Shown in pieces: positions 55,588 to 64,000 of a stretch of DNA of 64,000 nucleotides. The notes below the pieces were generated by a model that was not told where the DNA came from, searched no databases, and worked only from the letters and a program-made list of their open reading frames with translations. Every line of letters begins with the position of its first letter. Within the stretch, counting starts at the first letter, position 1. The position numbers were made by a program, and so were the translations under genes. The stretch comes from an uncultured Acidimicrobiales bacterium (lineage in GTDB: Bacteria; Actinomycetota; Acidimicrobiia; Acidimicrobiales; SZUA-35), in the NCBI GenBank assembly GCA_938021675.1, contig CALIFY010000041.1, positions 8,588 to 72,587 of the forward strand, in the 5' to 3' direction.

Positions 55588-58500
55588 GACGCCACCGTTT
55601 CCTTCTTTGGTTCGTTGTTTTTGTTCTGTTGCCGCGCCACTGTGGCGGTCAAATCGGCCTCGGGAAACATAGATTCGAAGAACAGAATAAGGTCTGCCAC
55701 GAGCTCCTTTTTTCGCTTCAACCCAACCTGGAGTTGCCCACCGCGTTCGGCATATTCGTGCGGTTTCCACACCCCATTGGCGAACAAACGATCGAATCGT
55801 ACCTCTTCAGACACTTTGAGGCGGACCGGCCCAAGCTTGGCGATGAACTCAGGCCCACCGAACCCCGGACCCTTGATTACAACCAGCTCGGTGACACCAA
55901 CCCGGGCGCATTGAGCCCGAAGGCGAGCCACGTCGAGTAGATGTTCGGCGGGCTCGGGGACCGGGCCGTAGCGGTCTTCCCACTCCGTCCTGATGGCCGC
56001 AACCGCTTCGGCGGTCGACACCGCAGCCAACCGCCGGTATGCCTCAAGTCGCTGCGCCTCACCGGTGACGTATTCGGCCGGAAGGTGGGCGGCCACCGGA
56101 AGGTCGATCTGAACCTCGACCGGGGTCTCTATAGGCTCGCCGTTTAGCTCAGCTACAGCTTCGACCACCATCTGGCAGTAAAGGTCGTAGCCGACTGCGG
56201 CGATATGGCCCGATTGTCCGGTGCCCAGTAGGTTACCCGCACCCCGAATCTCAAGATCTCGCATGGCGATCTGAAACCCCGAACCAAGGTCGGTAGCTTC
56301 GCCGATGGTCTTGAGCCGCTCGTAGGCTTCCTCGGATAGGGCAGCTTCCGGCCTGGTGAAAAGGTAGGCGTATGCCCGCTGCCCCGATCGGCCGACCCGG
56401 CCTCGAAGCTGGTGGAGCTGGCCGAGTCCCAATAGCTCGGCTCTATCGACGACCAGCGTATTGACCGTCGGCATGTCGATACCCGACTCGATGATCGTGG
56501 TACACACGAGCACATCGAACTCTCCGTCCCAGAAATCCAGGACGGTTTTCTCAAGCGTTCCCTCGTCCATCTGCCCGTGAGCGATGGCAATCCGCGCTTC
56601 GGGCACAAGTCGCTGCAGGTCCGACGCGACCTTTTCGATGCTCTGAACCCGATTGTGTACGAAAAAGACCTGGCCTTCTCGAAGCAGTTCTCGACGGATC
56701 GCTTCCGCCGCCGCCCGTTCGTCGTACTCCCCCACGTAGGTCATGATCGGCTGACGGTCGGCTGGTGGAGTGTTAAGAAGCGAGAGGTCGCGAATACCGG
56801 TAAGACTCATTTCAAGGGTCCGCGGGATAGGCGTTGCCGACAACGTCAACACATCGACCGCCGCCCGGCTCGGCTCGACCTGTTGACCAGACGGATCATC
56901 GGCGGCACGTTGGGACGAAACGAACCCTTTGAGTGCCTCTTTGTGAGCAACCCCGAATCGCTGCTCCTCGTCGACCACTACCAGACCGAGCTTGGCGAAG
57001 GTAACGTCTTCCGACAGGATCCGGTGGGTCCCGATCAGCACATCGACTTCGCCTGCTGCGGCCTTGTGAACCGCCTTGCGTGCCTGGGCCGCGGTCAGGA
57101 ATCGGCTCAACACTTCGACCCGGATCGGATAGGGGGCGAAGCGCTCGGAAAAGGTCTGGAAATGCTGCTGAGCGAGCAGCGTGGTCGGCACGAGAATAGC
57201 CACCTGATTTCCGTCTTGGATCGCCTTGAAGGCTGCTCGCAGCGCAACCTCGGTCTTGCCAAACCCGACGTCGCCGACCACCAACCGATCCATGGGAAGC
57301 GGACGTTCCATATCGTCTTTCACCTCGACGATGGCTGTCGCTTGGTCGGGGGTCAACTCGTATGGAAACGCTGCCTCGACCTCGGCCTGCCACGGGGTAT
57401 CGGGCGCAAACGCATGGCCTTCGGCGGTGATCCGCTTCTGATAGAGAACCACTAGCTCTTGAGCGATTTCGGCAACCGCTGAACGCACCCGCGCTTTGGC
57501 CTTGGCAAAATCGGTACCACCGAGACGATGAACCGACGGGGTGTCACCACCGGTGAAACGGCGGATCAGATCGATTTGGTCTGACGGAAGGTAGAGCTTG
57601 TCGTCTCCCTTGTACTCCAGCAGAAGGTAGTCGCGCTCGTTGCCACCTATCGTTCGGGTCACCATTCCGGCGAACCGACCGACCCCGTGCTGATGATGGA
57701 CCACGTAGTTTCCCGGGCGGAGGTCGTCGAAGAATCCTTCGCTCTGCCGCTTGCGGGGCCGGGCCCGACGGTGGGCTCGGCGTCGTCCGGTCAGGTCGGC
57801 CTCGGTCAGCACCGCGATCCCGGCGTCGGGAAGAACGAAGCCTCGTTGGATATCAGCGACCACCAGGTGGGCGCCAGGAACGAACAGATCCGGCTCGGAC
57901 ACCCCATGGTCGGTGGCGTCCACGCCCCAGTCGGCCAGCACGTCGAGAGCTCTCGCCGCAGTACCGGCGCCGTCTGCGGCGACCACTACGCGTCCGCCGC
58001 CGGCTACGAGCTGCCGCAACCGCTCGGCCAACGCCTCGCCGGGGGCCTCCCAGCCGCTGGCTGGCATGAGGGCGACGTCGGGACCTTCTGGCACGGCGGT
58101 GAGTGTCACCGCGGGGGCCGTCGTCCGCCCAAGGAGGCGATCGAATGGTAGGTGGAGTTGGGGGAAGCCGTCCCCGGGTTCGACGTCGGCGCCCTCGGGC
58201 GCACCCTCAGCTTCGGGCCCGATCGCACCCCAGGTTCGGGCCAGACTGGTGGCCAGGTCGGCTTCCTCGGCTAAAAGATCGGCGCCTCGGGAACGAAGCC
58301 GGGTCGGCTCGATAAGTACGACCATGCCATCGGACGGCAAGAGATCGGTGAGGAGGCGTTTCTCGTCCGTCAGCCACGGAAGCCAAGACTCCATACCGTC
58401 GAACTGCTCACCGTCGGCCAGCCGCTGCCAGTGCTCTCGGCCCCATGGCTCCGACCCCTCCAACTCGGCTGCCCGAGCCCGAATCTCATCGGTAATCAAC

Positions 58501-59180
58501 AACTCGCGACAGGGGAAGATCTCGACCTCGGCCCGGTCGCTCGAAGATCGCTGGTCGTTTATGGTGAATTCGCAGAGACGGTCGACCTCATCGCCCCAGA
58601 GATCGATCCGGTACGGGCCATCAGCGGTCGATGGAAACACGTCGATAATGGAGCCCCGAACCGCCATCTCGCCTCGATGCTCGACCTGTGCTTCACGGCG
58701 ATACCCAAAAGCCACAAGCTGGCTGATCAGTTCCTGAGAATCGATGTGGTCCTCGGCACCGACAAGGATCGGCTCAAACTCCTCGACGCGCGGACCGAGC
58801 CGTTGGATCAACGCTCGCACCGGGGCCACGATGACCTTGGGCCCACGAGCCGGGTCTTGCAGCTGCCACAATACGCGGAGCCGATTGCCCATCGCCTCGA
58901 TCGATGGACTCAACCGCTCAAACGGCAGAGTCTCCCAGGCGGGGAAGGTCAGAACCTCGTCAGCGCCGAGATAGGTGGCAAGATCGGCCGCCAGCCGGTC
59001 GGCCTCGGTGGTTGTCGGCGTCGCAACCAAGATCGGCCGCCGTTCCGAGGCCGCGGCCAACCCGGCAATCGCCATGGCCCTCGCCGGTTCGGCAACGGCG
59101 AGCACCGATGCAGCTCGACCGATAATTCGGGTCAGAGTGTCATCGGTTCCGAGCGAGTCGGCGAGTTTGCGGAAACCCAT
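55584..59180 (-). CDS. mfd: Transcription-repair coupling factor
   Basis: 1198 aa. The CarD/RID segment reads PGNYVVHHQHGVGRF. Helicase motifs are GDVGFGKTEVA and VVDEEQRFG, followed by LSATPIPRTL and GQLHQLRGRVGR. Confidence 0.95.
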   Translation of the reverse strand: MGFRKLADSLGTDDTLTRIIGRAASVLAVAEPARAMAIAGLAAASERRPILVATPTTTEADRLAADLATYLGADEVLTFPAWETLPFERLSPSIEAMGNRLRVLWQLQDPARGPKVIVAPVRALIQRLGPRVEEFEPILVGAEDHIDSQELISQLVAFGYRREAQVEHRGEMAVRGSIIDVFPSTADGPYRIDLWGDEVDRLCEFTINDQRSSSDRAEVEIFPCRELLITDEIRARAAELEGSEPWGREHWQRLADGEQFDGMESWLPWLTDEKRLLTDLLPSDGMVVLIEPTRLRSRGADLLAEEADLATSLARTWGAIGPEAEGAPEGADVEPGDGFPQLHLPFDRLLGRTTAPAVTLTAVPEGPDVALMPASGWEAPGEALAERLRQLVAGGGRVVVAADGAGTAARALDVLADWGVDATDHGVSEPDLFVPGAHLVVADIQRGFVLPDAGIAVLTEADLTGRRRAHRRARPRKRQSEGFFDDLRPGNYVVHHQHGVGRFAGMVTRTIGGNERDYLLLEYKGDDKLYLPSDQIDLIRRFTGGDTPSVHRLGGTDFAKAKARVRSAVAEIAQELVVLYQKRITAEGHAFAPDTPWQAEVEAAFPYELTPDQATAIVEVKDDMERPLPMDRLVVGDVGFGKTEVALRAAFKAIQDGNQVAILVPTTLLAQQHFQTFSERFAPYPIRVEVLSRFLTAAQARKAVHKAAAGEVDVLIGTHRILSEDVTFAKLGLVVVDEEQRFGVAHKEALKGFVSSQRAADDPSGQQVEPSRAAVDVLTLSATPIPRTLEMSLTGIRDLSLLNTPPADRQPIMTYVGEYDERAAAEAIRRELLREGQVFFVHNRVQSIEKVASDLQRLVPEARIAIAHGQMDEGTLEKTVLDFWDGEFDVLVCTTIIESGIDMPTVNTLVVDRAELLGLGQLHQLRGRVGRSGQRAYAYLFTRPEAALSEEAYERLKTIGEATDLGSGFQIAMRDLEIRGAGNLLGTGQSGHIAAVGYDLYCQMVVEAVAELNGEPIETPVEVQIDLPVAAHLPAEYVTGEAQRLEAYRRLAAVSTAEAVAAIRTEWEDRYGPVPEPAEHLLDVARLRAQCARVGVTELVVIKGPGFGGPEFIAKLGPVRLKVSEEVRFDRLFANGVWKPHEYAERGGQLQVGLKRKKELVADLILFFESMFPEADLTATVARQQNKNNEPKKETVAS

Positions 59181-59196
59181 GGCGCAGCGAGGCTAG

Positions 59197-59829
59197 CTAG
59201 TCCGACGTCGATCGGCGGTTGACCGTAGCCATCGCCCGGTCGACACCGACCTCGGTGACAAGCTCTACCGCGTCGGCGGCCGCCTCGACGGCGGCGTTGA
59301 GCTCGACCTGTTCGGCCTTACCGGGCTTACGCAGGATGTACTCGGACCCGGCCTGGGTGGCCGGTGGCCGTCCGACTCCGATACGGAGCCGGACGTATTC
59401 GGTCGTCCCGACGTGCTGGGTGACCGACCGAAGCCCGTTGTGACCCGCAAGGCCACCACCAGACTTGAGCCGTAGCCGGCCAACGTCGAGGTCGAGCTCG
59501 TCGTGGATGATGAGAATATGACTGGCCTCTTGGATCCCGAAGGTACGGACCAGCATTCGGACCGCTTCCCCGGAGTGATTCATGAACGTCTGCGGAAAGG
59601 CCAAGACCACCCGCTTGTCGTTCATGAGCAGCCCAACGGCAAGAGCCCGAGCCTTTGTTTTTCGAAGTCGAAGATCGTTTCGCTTCGCCAGAAGCTGAAC
59701 CGTCGCAGCTCCCAAGTTGTGGCGAGTTCCTTCGAACTGATCGTCGGGATTCCCAAGGCCGACGACTAACAAGTCGGCCGGTGTTCCTCTGCGGTTCGGA
59801 TCTCCCAATCGGCGAGAGAAGGACGTCAC
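59197..59829 (-). CDS. pth: Peptidyl-tRNA hydrolase
   Basis: It contains LLVVGLGNPDDQFEGTRHNLG...HNGL. The start is GTG 59829 or TTG 59772; the latter gives the family-typical (M)LVVGLGNP. Confidence 0.9.
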   Translation of the reverse strand: MTSFSRRLGDPNRRGTPADLLVVGLGNPDDQFEGTRHNLGAATVQLLAKRNDLRLRKTKARALAVGLLMNDKRVVLAFPQTFMNHSGEAVRMLVRTFGIQEASHILIIHDELDLDVGRLRLKSGGGLAGHNGLRSVTQHVGTTEYVRLRIGVGRPPATQAGSEYILRKPGKAEQVELNAAVEAAADAVELVTEVGVDRAMATVNRRSTSD

Positions 59830-59838
59830 GTGTACGGG

Positions 59839-60525
59839 CTACTCTCCGCCGTCGTCAGCGGCATCGGTCCCCGAATCGGAACCCTCGGCATCGCCACCTT
59901 CGGCCGACTCACCGGCGATCGGTTCGCCATCCTCACCAACTTCGGCATCGCCATCGTCGGCCTTGGCCGCCCGTGGGATAACCGGAGCGACAACAGAGAC
60001 GTCTTCGGCGACGAGGGACACGACACCAGCGGGAAGCGGTAGGTCGGCCACCGACAGGCTGCGGTCCAACGTCATGATGGTCACGTCGGCCTGAATCAGG
60101 TTCGGAATATTGATCGGTGACACCTCGATCTCAAGCTCGAACATCTGCTGCTCGATCATGCCACCCTCTTCGGTCACACCGCTTGGATCTCCGATGACTT
60201 CGATCGGGACCTTCACCGTGACCCGCTGGTTTGGGTCGATCCGTAGGAAGTCGGCATGGGTTACTTGCCGCTTGATCGGGTCTCGCTGCACGGACCGAAC
60301 CAAAACGGTCTCGACCGTTCCTTCAACATCCAGGCTGAGCACAGCGTTCATACCAGCGTCTCGGCTTAGGGCGTCTCGCAACTCGACATAGTCCACAGCG
60401 ATTGGCTGCGGCTCTCTGTCGAGTCCGTACACGACGCCGGGCAACTGGCCCGCGGCACGTAGCCGGCGCGACGGGCGCGAGCCCTGCTCACGTCCGGTGG
60501 TTGCTTTGACGACGGTCTGCTCCAT
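59839..60525 (-). CDS. rplY: 50S ribosomal protein L25/general stress protein Ctc
   Basis: From ATG 60525 it reads MEQTVVKATTGREQGSRPSRRLRAAGQLPGVVYG, with an acidic C-terminal tail. The track start 60618 is an over-extension. Confidence 0.9.
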   Translation of the reverse strand: MEQTVVKATTGREQGSRPSRRLRAAGQLPGVVYGLDREPQPIAVDYVELRDALSRDAGMNAVLSLDVEGTVETVLVRSVQRDPIKRQVTHADFLRIDPNQRVTVKVPIEVIGDPSGVTEEGGMIEQQMFELEIEVSPINIPNLIQADVTIMTLDRSLSVADLPLPAGVVSLVAEDVSVVAPVIPRAAKADDGDAEVGEDGEPIAGESAEGGDAEGSDSGTDAADDGGE

Positions 60526-60665
60526 GATCTCGTTCCTTCGACCTGACGGTGCGTGGGCCCAGAGGTGGGTATTCGGGCTTCGGTGAGGTGGCGCGACACG
60601 ACCCCGCCATGCGGGCAAAACGCCAGTTGTAGAGGATACCGGGCCGAACGTTCGGCGCCTCGGCG

Positions 60666-61646
60666 TCAGTTCTGGTTCTGACCGCCAAATATCTTGCTGA
60701 CGGAACTTTCCTCGAACACCGCACGAATAGCATCGGCGATGACTTGGGAAACCGAAAGAACTTCGAGTTGATCAAACTGCTTCTCCGCCGGCAGGGGGAG
60801 CGTGTCGGTCACGATGACGTGATCGAGTGCAGAGTTCTTCAATCGATCGATAGCCGGTCCGCTGAATACGGCGTGGGTAGCGGCGGCGGCGACCGACGCT
60901 GCGCCCTGATCGGCGAGCAGTTCTGCCGCCTGACAGATCGTTCCGGCGGTGTCGATCATGTCATCGATCACCACGCAGGTACGACCCTCGACCTGACCGA
61001 TGATTTCTTTCGCCTCGACGACGTTCTTCACTCCCTCGACCCGACGCTTATGCACGATGGCAAGATCTGCGTTGAGGTGCTGGGCGTATCGTTCGGCTAC
61101 CTTCACCCGACCGGCATCGGGTGACACGACGACGAGATCGCTTGCATACGATCGCAACCTCTTGACGAGAACCGGCATGGCCACAAGGTGGTCGACCGGA
61201 CCATTGAAGAAACCCTGAATCTGACCGGAGTGAAGGTCGACCGACACCAGACGCGAAGTGCCGGCTGCTTTGAAAAGATCGGCCATGAGTCGTGCCGTAA
61301 TCGGCTCACGACCCTCGGACTTCCGATCTTGCCGTCCATAGCCATAGAACGGCATCACCGCGGTGATGCGCTTGGCCGAGCCGCGTCGGGCGGCGTCGAC
61401 CATGATCAGGTGCTCCATGACGGCGTCGTTCACCGACCGCCCATCGACTTCACCGTGGCTCTGCAGAATGAATACGTCTGAACCTCGCACCGACTCGGCG
61501 AATCGGCAGTGGGTCTCGCCGTTGGCGAACTGCCCCAGGTGGGCCTCGGTTACCGGCACACCAAGATGCTGACCGATGAGCGCTGTTAGCTCTTCATTGT
61601 GACGGCCGGAAAAAAGGTGAAGCCGCTTCGTAGTCACTACTTCCAT
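60666..61646 (-). CDS. prs: Ribose-phosphate pyrophosphokinase
   Basis: Motifs are RLHLFSGRHNEELTALI, MPFYGYGRQDRK, and the PRPP loop VVIDDMIDTAGT. ATG 61646 is preferred over TTG 61664. Confidence 0.95.
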   Translation of the reverse strand: MEVVTTKRLHLFSGRHNEELTALIGQHLGVPVTEAHLGQFANGETHCRFAESVRGSDVFILQSHGEVDGRSVNDAVMEHLIMVDAARRGSAKRITAVMPFYGYGRQDRKSEGREPITARLMADLFKAAGTSRLVSVDLHSGQIQGFFNGPVDHLVAMPVLVKRLRSYASDLVVVSPDAGRVKVAERYAQHLNADLAIVHKRRVEGVKNVVEAKEIIGQVEGRTCVVIDDMIDTAGTICQAAELLADQGAASVAAAATHAVFSGPAIDRLKNSALDHVIVTDTLPLPAEKQFDQLEVLSVSQVIADAIRAVFEESSVSKIFGGQNQN

Positions 61647-61679
61647 GACCGATCCACCATCCAAAATTAGGTCTAACGC

Positions 61680-62822
61680 TCAGGTTGCTGTCGATCCAGC
61701 ATAGAAGGCTCCGGTAACGGTCCCGCTCGGCAACTCGGTTCCAGGTTCAACCACCGCGAACGGACCGACATCACAATCGTCACCGATGTTGGCCAGCGAC
61801 GCCGTCGTCTTCTCAATCCTCGTGTTGTTACCGACCTGACACCGGTCAAGACGGGTATCGGGACCGAGTTCACAGCCGCTACCGATGGTCGTGGCACCTT
61901 GAAGTATCGTGCCGGGAAAGATCGTTATGTCGGTTCCGAGCCTCACGGTCACGTCGATGTACGTTCGCTCGGGGTCGACCATCGTGACCCCCATCGATAA
62001 CCAATGACGGTTCGTTCTGCGGCGGAGTACCGCCTCTGCCTCGGCCAGTTGCAGCCGGTCGTTGACTGGAATCAGATCACCGGGGTGATCGATCATCGCC
62101 GTCTCGCAGGTATGGCCAGACCCGGTCAGAACCTCGACCACGTCGGACAATCGAACCCTGCCGGGAGCGTCGCTGGCACGACTTTCTTCCTCGGTCCGCC
62201 GTATGGCGGCTGCGACGAGGCCGCGGCGGATGCAGTACACGCCGAGCGAGATCTCGTCGACCTCTTCTGGGTCGACTGGCTCTTCGAGCAGCAGACGGTC
62301 GTCATCGACGTCGATCGATACCACACCACCATGTCGGTCACGAACGATCCGATCGGCCAGGGATCGGTTTGGCGCCGGTCGGAGCACGGACGAGTCGGCG
62401 TCGGCCGACAGGATCGTGCAGGCCGCTCCGCTCGATCGGTGAGCATCGACCAGTTGATTGATGGTCGACGGACGAAGCAATGGCAGATCGGCGGGGACGA
62501 CCAGCAGATCCTCCTCATCATTGAAATCGTCGAACCCGCTCATTCCTATGAGGACCGCATCGCCGGTTCCGAGGTTCGTTTTCTGTTCGACAAATCTGAC
62601 GGTGAACCCCGGTGGGTCTTCGAGTAGACGCTTCGATACGCGACTGCCATCTAGCCCGGTCACCACCACGGCCTGTCGAACACCGGCCGCCCCCAAGGTG
62701 TCGAGCACGTATGAGCCCATGGCGCGACCGCACAGAAGGTGGATCGGCTTTGGACGAGCGGAACGCATGTGGGCGCCTGCACTAGTTGCCATTACCAGGG
62801 CGGAGAGTGAACGATCGCTCAT
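61680..62822 (-). CDS. glmU: GlmU-like protein: sugar-nucleotidyltransferase domain + only the first part of the left-handed beta-helix (C-terminally short, degenerate N-terminal signature)
   Basis: From ATG 62822 (380 aa) it reads ALVMATSAGAHMRSARPKPIHLLCGRAM...EQKTNLGTGDAV...VVPADLPL...WLSMGVTMVDPERTYID...VGPFAVVEPGTELPSGTVTGAFYAGSTAT-stop. It is syntenic with tRNA-Gln and prs. The track ORF (to 63110) is an Arg/Pro-rich over-extension. Confidence 0.65.
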   Translation of the reverse strand: MSDRSLSALVMATSAGAHMRSARPKPIHLLCGRAMGSYVLDTLGAAGVRQAVVVTGLDGSRVSKRLLEDPPGFTVRFVEQKTNLGTGDAVLIGMSGFDDFNDEEDLLVVPADLPLLRPSTINQLVDAHRSSGAACTILSADADSSVLRPAPNRSLADRIVRDRHGGVVSIDVDDDRLLLEEPVDPEEVDEISLGVYCIRRGLVAAAIRRTEEESRASDAPGRVRLSDVVEVLTGSGHTCETAMIDHPGDLIPVNDRLQLAEAEAVLRRRTNRHWLSMGVTMVDPERTYIDVTVRLGTDITIFPGTILQGATTIGSGCELGPDTRLDRCQVGNNTRIEKTTASLANIGDDCDVGPFAVVEPGTELPSGTVTGAFYAGSTAT

Positions 62823-63330
62823 GACTTTCTTTCCGTTGGCCGGTCGAGGAGGGGGCCAACTTCTGTCAACCGCGTACCGGACTCTCAAGTCTAGATCGGA
62901 CCCCCGGCAAGGACACGTCAACGATCGTCGATGACCGGGGTATTTGGTGTCGTTTTCGTTTCCGGAAACCGGCGACACCGCCGACATGTGACCGGGGTCT
63001 CGGGGTCGACGGCCATACCGCGAATGTCGTGTTGTGGGGATCGGCACGCTAGATGCCATCTCCGGTGTGACGGGCTGAACACGAATAGGTGCACTGCACC
63101 CTCGCCCCACCGGGTGGAGCGGGATCGGAACTTTCGAGGAACGGGACCCATGACGTCGTCATAGGTAGGTTAGGACCCGAGTAGGCCGTCCTGGGTTCAC
63201 CCATCGCCCAAACCGTGTTGAAAGAGACACACCGGTCGGCAACCACATCGAAAACCATGTGGTCGTCCCGCCCTTCGGGACGGGCACCGCTGTCGACGCC
63301 GAGCGCATCACACGACGGGTTGATCGGCTG

Positions 63331-63403
63331 CTCGCGGGGCAGGATTCGAACCTGCAACCCCCGGATTCAAAGTCCGGTGTTCTACCAGTTGAACTACCCG
63401 CGA
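63331..63403 (-). tRNA. tRNA-Gln (anticodon UUG)
   Basis: I folded it by hand. Acceptor TCGCGGG/CCCGCGA. D-arm GTTC-AACTGGTA-GAAC. Anticodon arm CCGGA-CTTTGAA-TCCGG. T-arm GCAGG-TTCGAAT-CCTGC. Discriminator G. 73 nt. Confidence 0.9.
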
Positions 63404-63577
63404 CCGGAAAGTTCCAGACTTCACGCTAGCGCCCAACGACACTACGTGTGGCGCGTTTACCTCATGGTTTCCGCGATTCAGGCATTGGTTTCACCTCGGC
63501 AACGCGTCGTTGCGTTCCCACGACGGTCACCGATCCGGGTGGCGGGAGGGCTATAAGCGGCTAGCCTCCCAATTCTC

Positions 63578-63676
63578 ATGGGTTCACTGATTAAAAAGCG
63601 CCGGAAGCGCATGCGTAAGAAGAAGCACCGCAAGCTATTGAAGCGCACTCGCGTCGAGCGGCGAAACAAGAAATAG
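63578..63676 (+). CDS. Small ribosomal subunit protein bS22 (actinobacterial 32-aa Lys/Arg-rich protein)
   Basis: Below the ORF-track size cutoff. It translates to [32 protein letters not shown]-stop. From memory this is near-identical in pattern to mycobacterial bS22 ([29 protein letters not shown]...). Confidence 0.85.
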   Translation: [32 protein letters not shown]

Positions 63677-63735
63677 CGCACTGGCGCAACCGGCCGATCC
63701 GTGCCGGGTGGGTACGTCGTGTTCCGAGAGATGGA

Positions 63736-64000
63736 TCAGGTGTCGGCGCCATAGGCGGCCGGTACTGTTCTGCAGACGATGCGACCCGGCCCGGGGTGGG
63801 CACCATCCACAAACCAGGTGGATCCACTCCCCGCCAGCCTCGGAACTTCTCCCGTCGAGCCTCCAAGTTCATCGCGCCACCGGGCAAGTTCCGGGGCGAT
63901 ATGGAGCGCGGCCGGCTCGAGATCGTTTCCGGCCGACCCGGTTGGACCTCCTAGTTCGTCCCACGCCCGATAGACGGGGCCGGTCGGGCAAGGAATCGGT
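63736..64000 (-). CDS. ispE: 4-diphosphocytidyl-2-C-methyl-D-erythritol kinase, C-terminal fragment (N-terminus beyond window)
   Basis: Not in the ORF track. My minus-strand translation reads ...VYRAWDELGGPTGSAGNDLEPAALHIAPELARWRDELGGSTGEVPRLAGSGSTWFVDGAHPG...-stop (TGA at 63738-63736). It is GHMP-kinase IspE-like (NDLE.AA, SGSG.T.F). Confidence 0.7.
   Translation of the reverse strand, partial: PIPCPTGPVYRAWDELGGPTGSAGNDLEPAALHIAPELARWRDELGGSTGEVPRLAGSGSTWFVDGAHPGPGRIVCRTVPAAYGADT

Noticed and set aside
62823-63110. N-terminal extensions of track ORFs 61680..63110 (glmU-like), 59839..60618 (rplY), 54796..55770 (SDR), 50921..52492 (FHA) and 40496..41899 (aminotransferase)
   Set aside because: In each case the extension is Arg/Pro/Gly-rich, overlaps a neighbouring gene or intergenic region, and precedes an internal start that reproduces the family-typical N-terminus.

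Overview
This is a high-G+C chromosomal segment that reads like an Actinomycetota core region. Supporting gene order: tRNA-Gln-glmU-prs-rplY/ctc-pth-mfd on the minus strand, ispE, the actinobacterial small ribosomal protein bS22, eno-ftsB and DUF501-ppx, a YabN-type MazG fusion, korAB, and an LAxTG sorting signal. A class-level guess such as Acidimicrobiia would be inference only. I call 56 CDS (two cut by the window edges), 2 tRNAs (Leu-UAA, Gln-UUG), 3 tandem-repeat tracts and 2 hairpin terminators. I recognised no rRNA, CRISPR array, transposase, integrase or phage genes. Many track ORFs are longest-possible extensions or antisense shadows; I trimmed starts where an overlap (ATGA/GTGA), a Shine-Dalgarno or family-typical N-terminus supported it. 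Most interesting item: at 1-6815 an intact-looking H-NOX heme gas sensor sits between a PAS-HK-REC-HPt hybrid kinase and a sensorless kinase. It is chained without gaps to a GT4, a MOP flippase and a GT2, a candidate NO/O2-controlled surface-glycan operon with no recognisable response-regulator output in the window. Other items: a degenerate Hanks-type pseudokinase coupled to a zinc-ribbon/FHA protein (49.9-52.5 kb); a possibly shared N-terminal domain between that FHA protein and a proline-octapeptide-repeat protein next to an active Ser/Thr kinase; a GlmU-like ORF lacking the acetyltransferase catalytic third; CoxS/CoxM plus maturation genes with no large subunit; three perfect-phase 28-bp repeats upstream of a Cas4/AddB-like nuclease; a giant GT-C-like membrane protein operon; a membrane-spanning HTH/HExxH protein; and a Vps62-like membrane protein. 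All functional calls come from by-eye motif recognition. No database search or computation was run, so starts and remote homologies are provisional.
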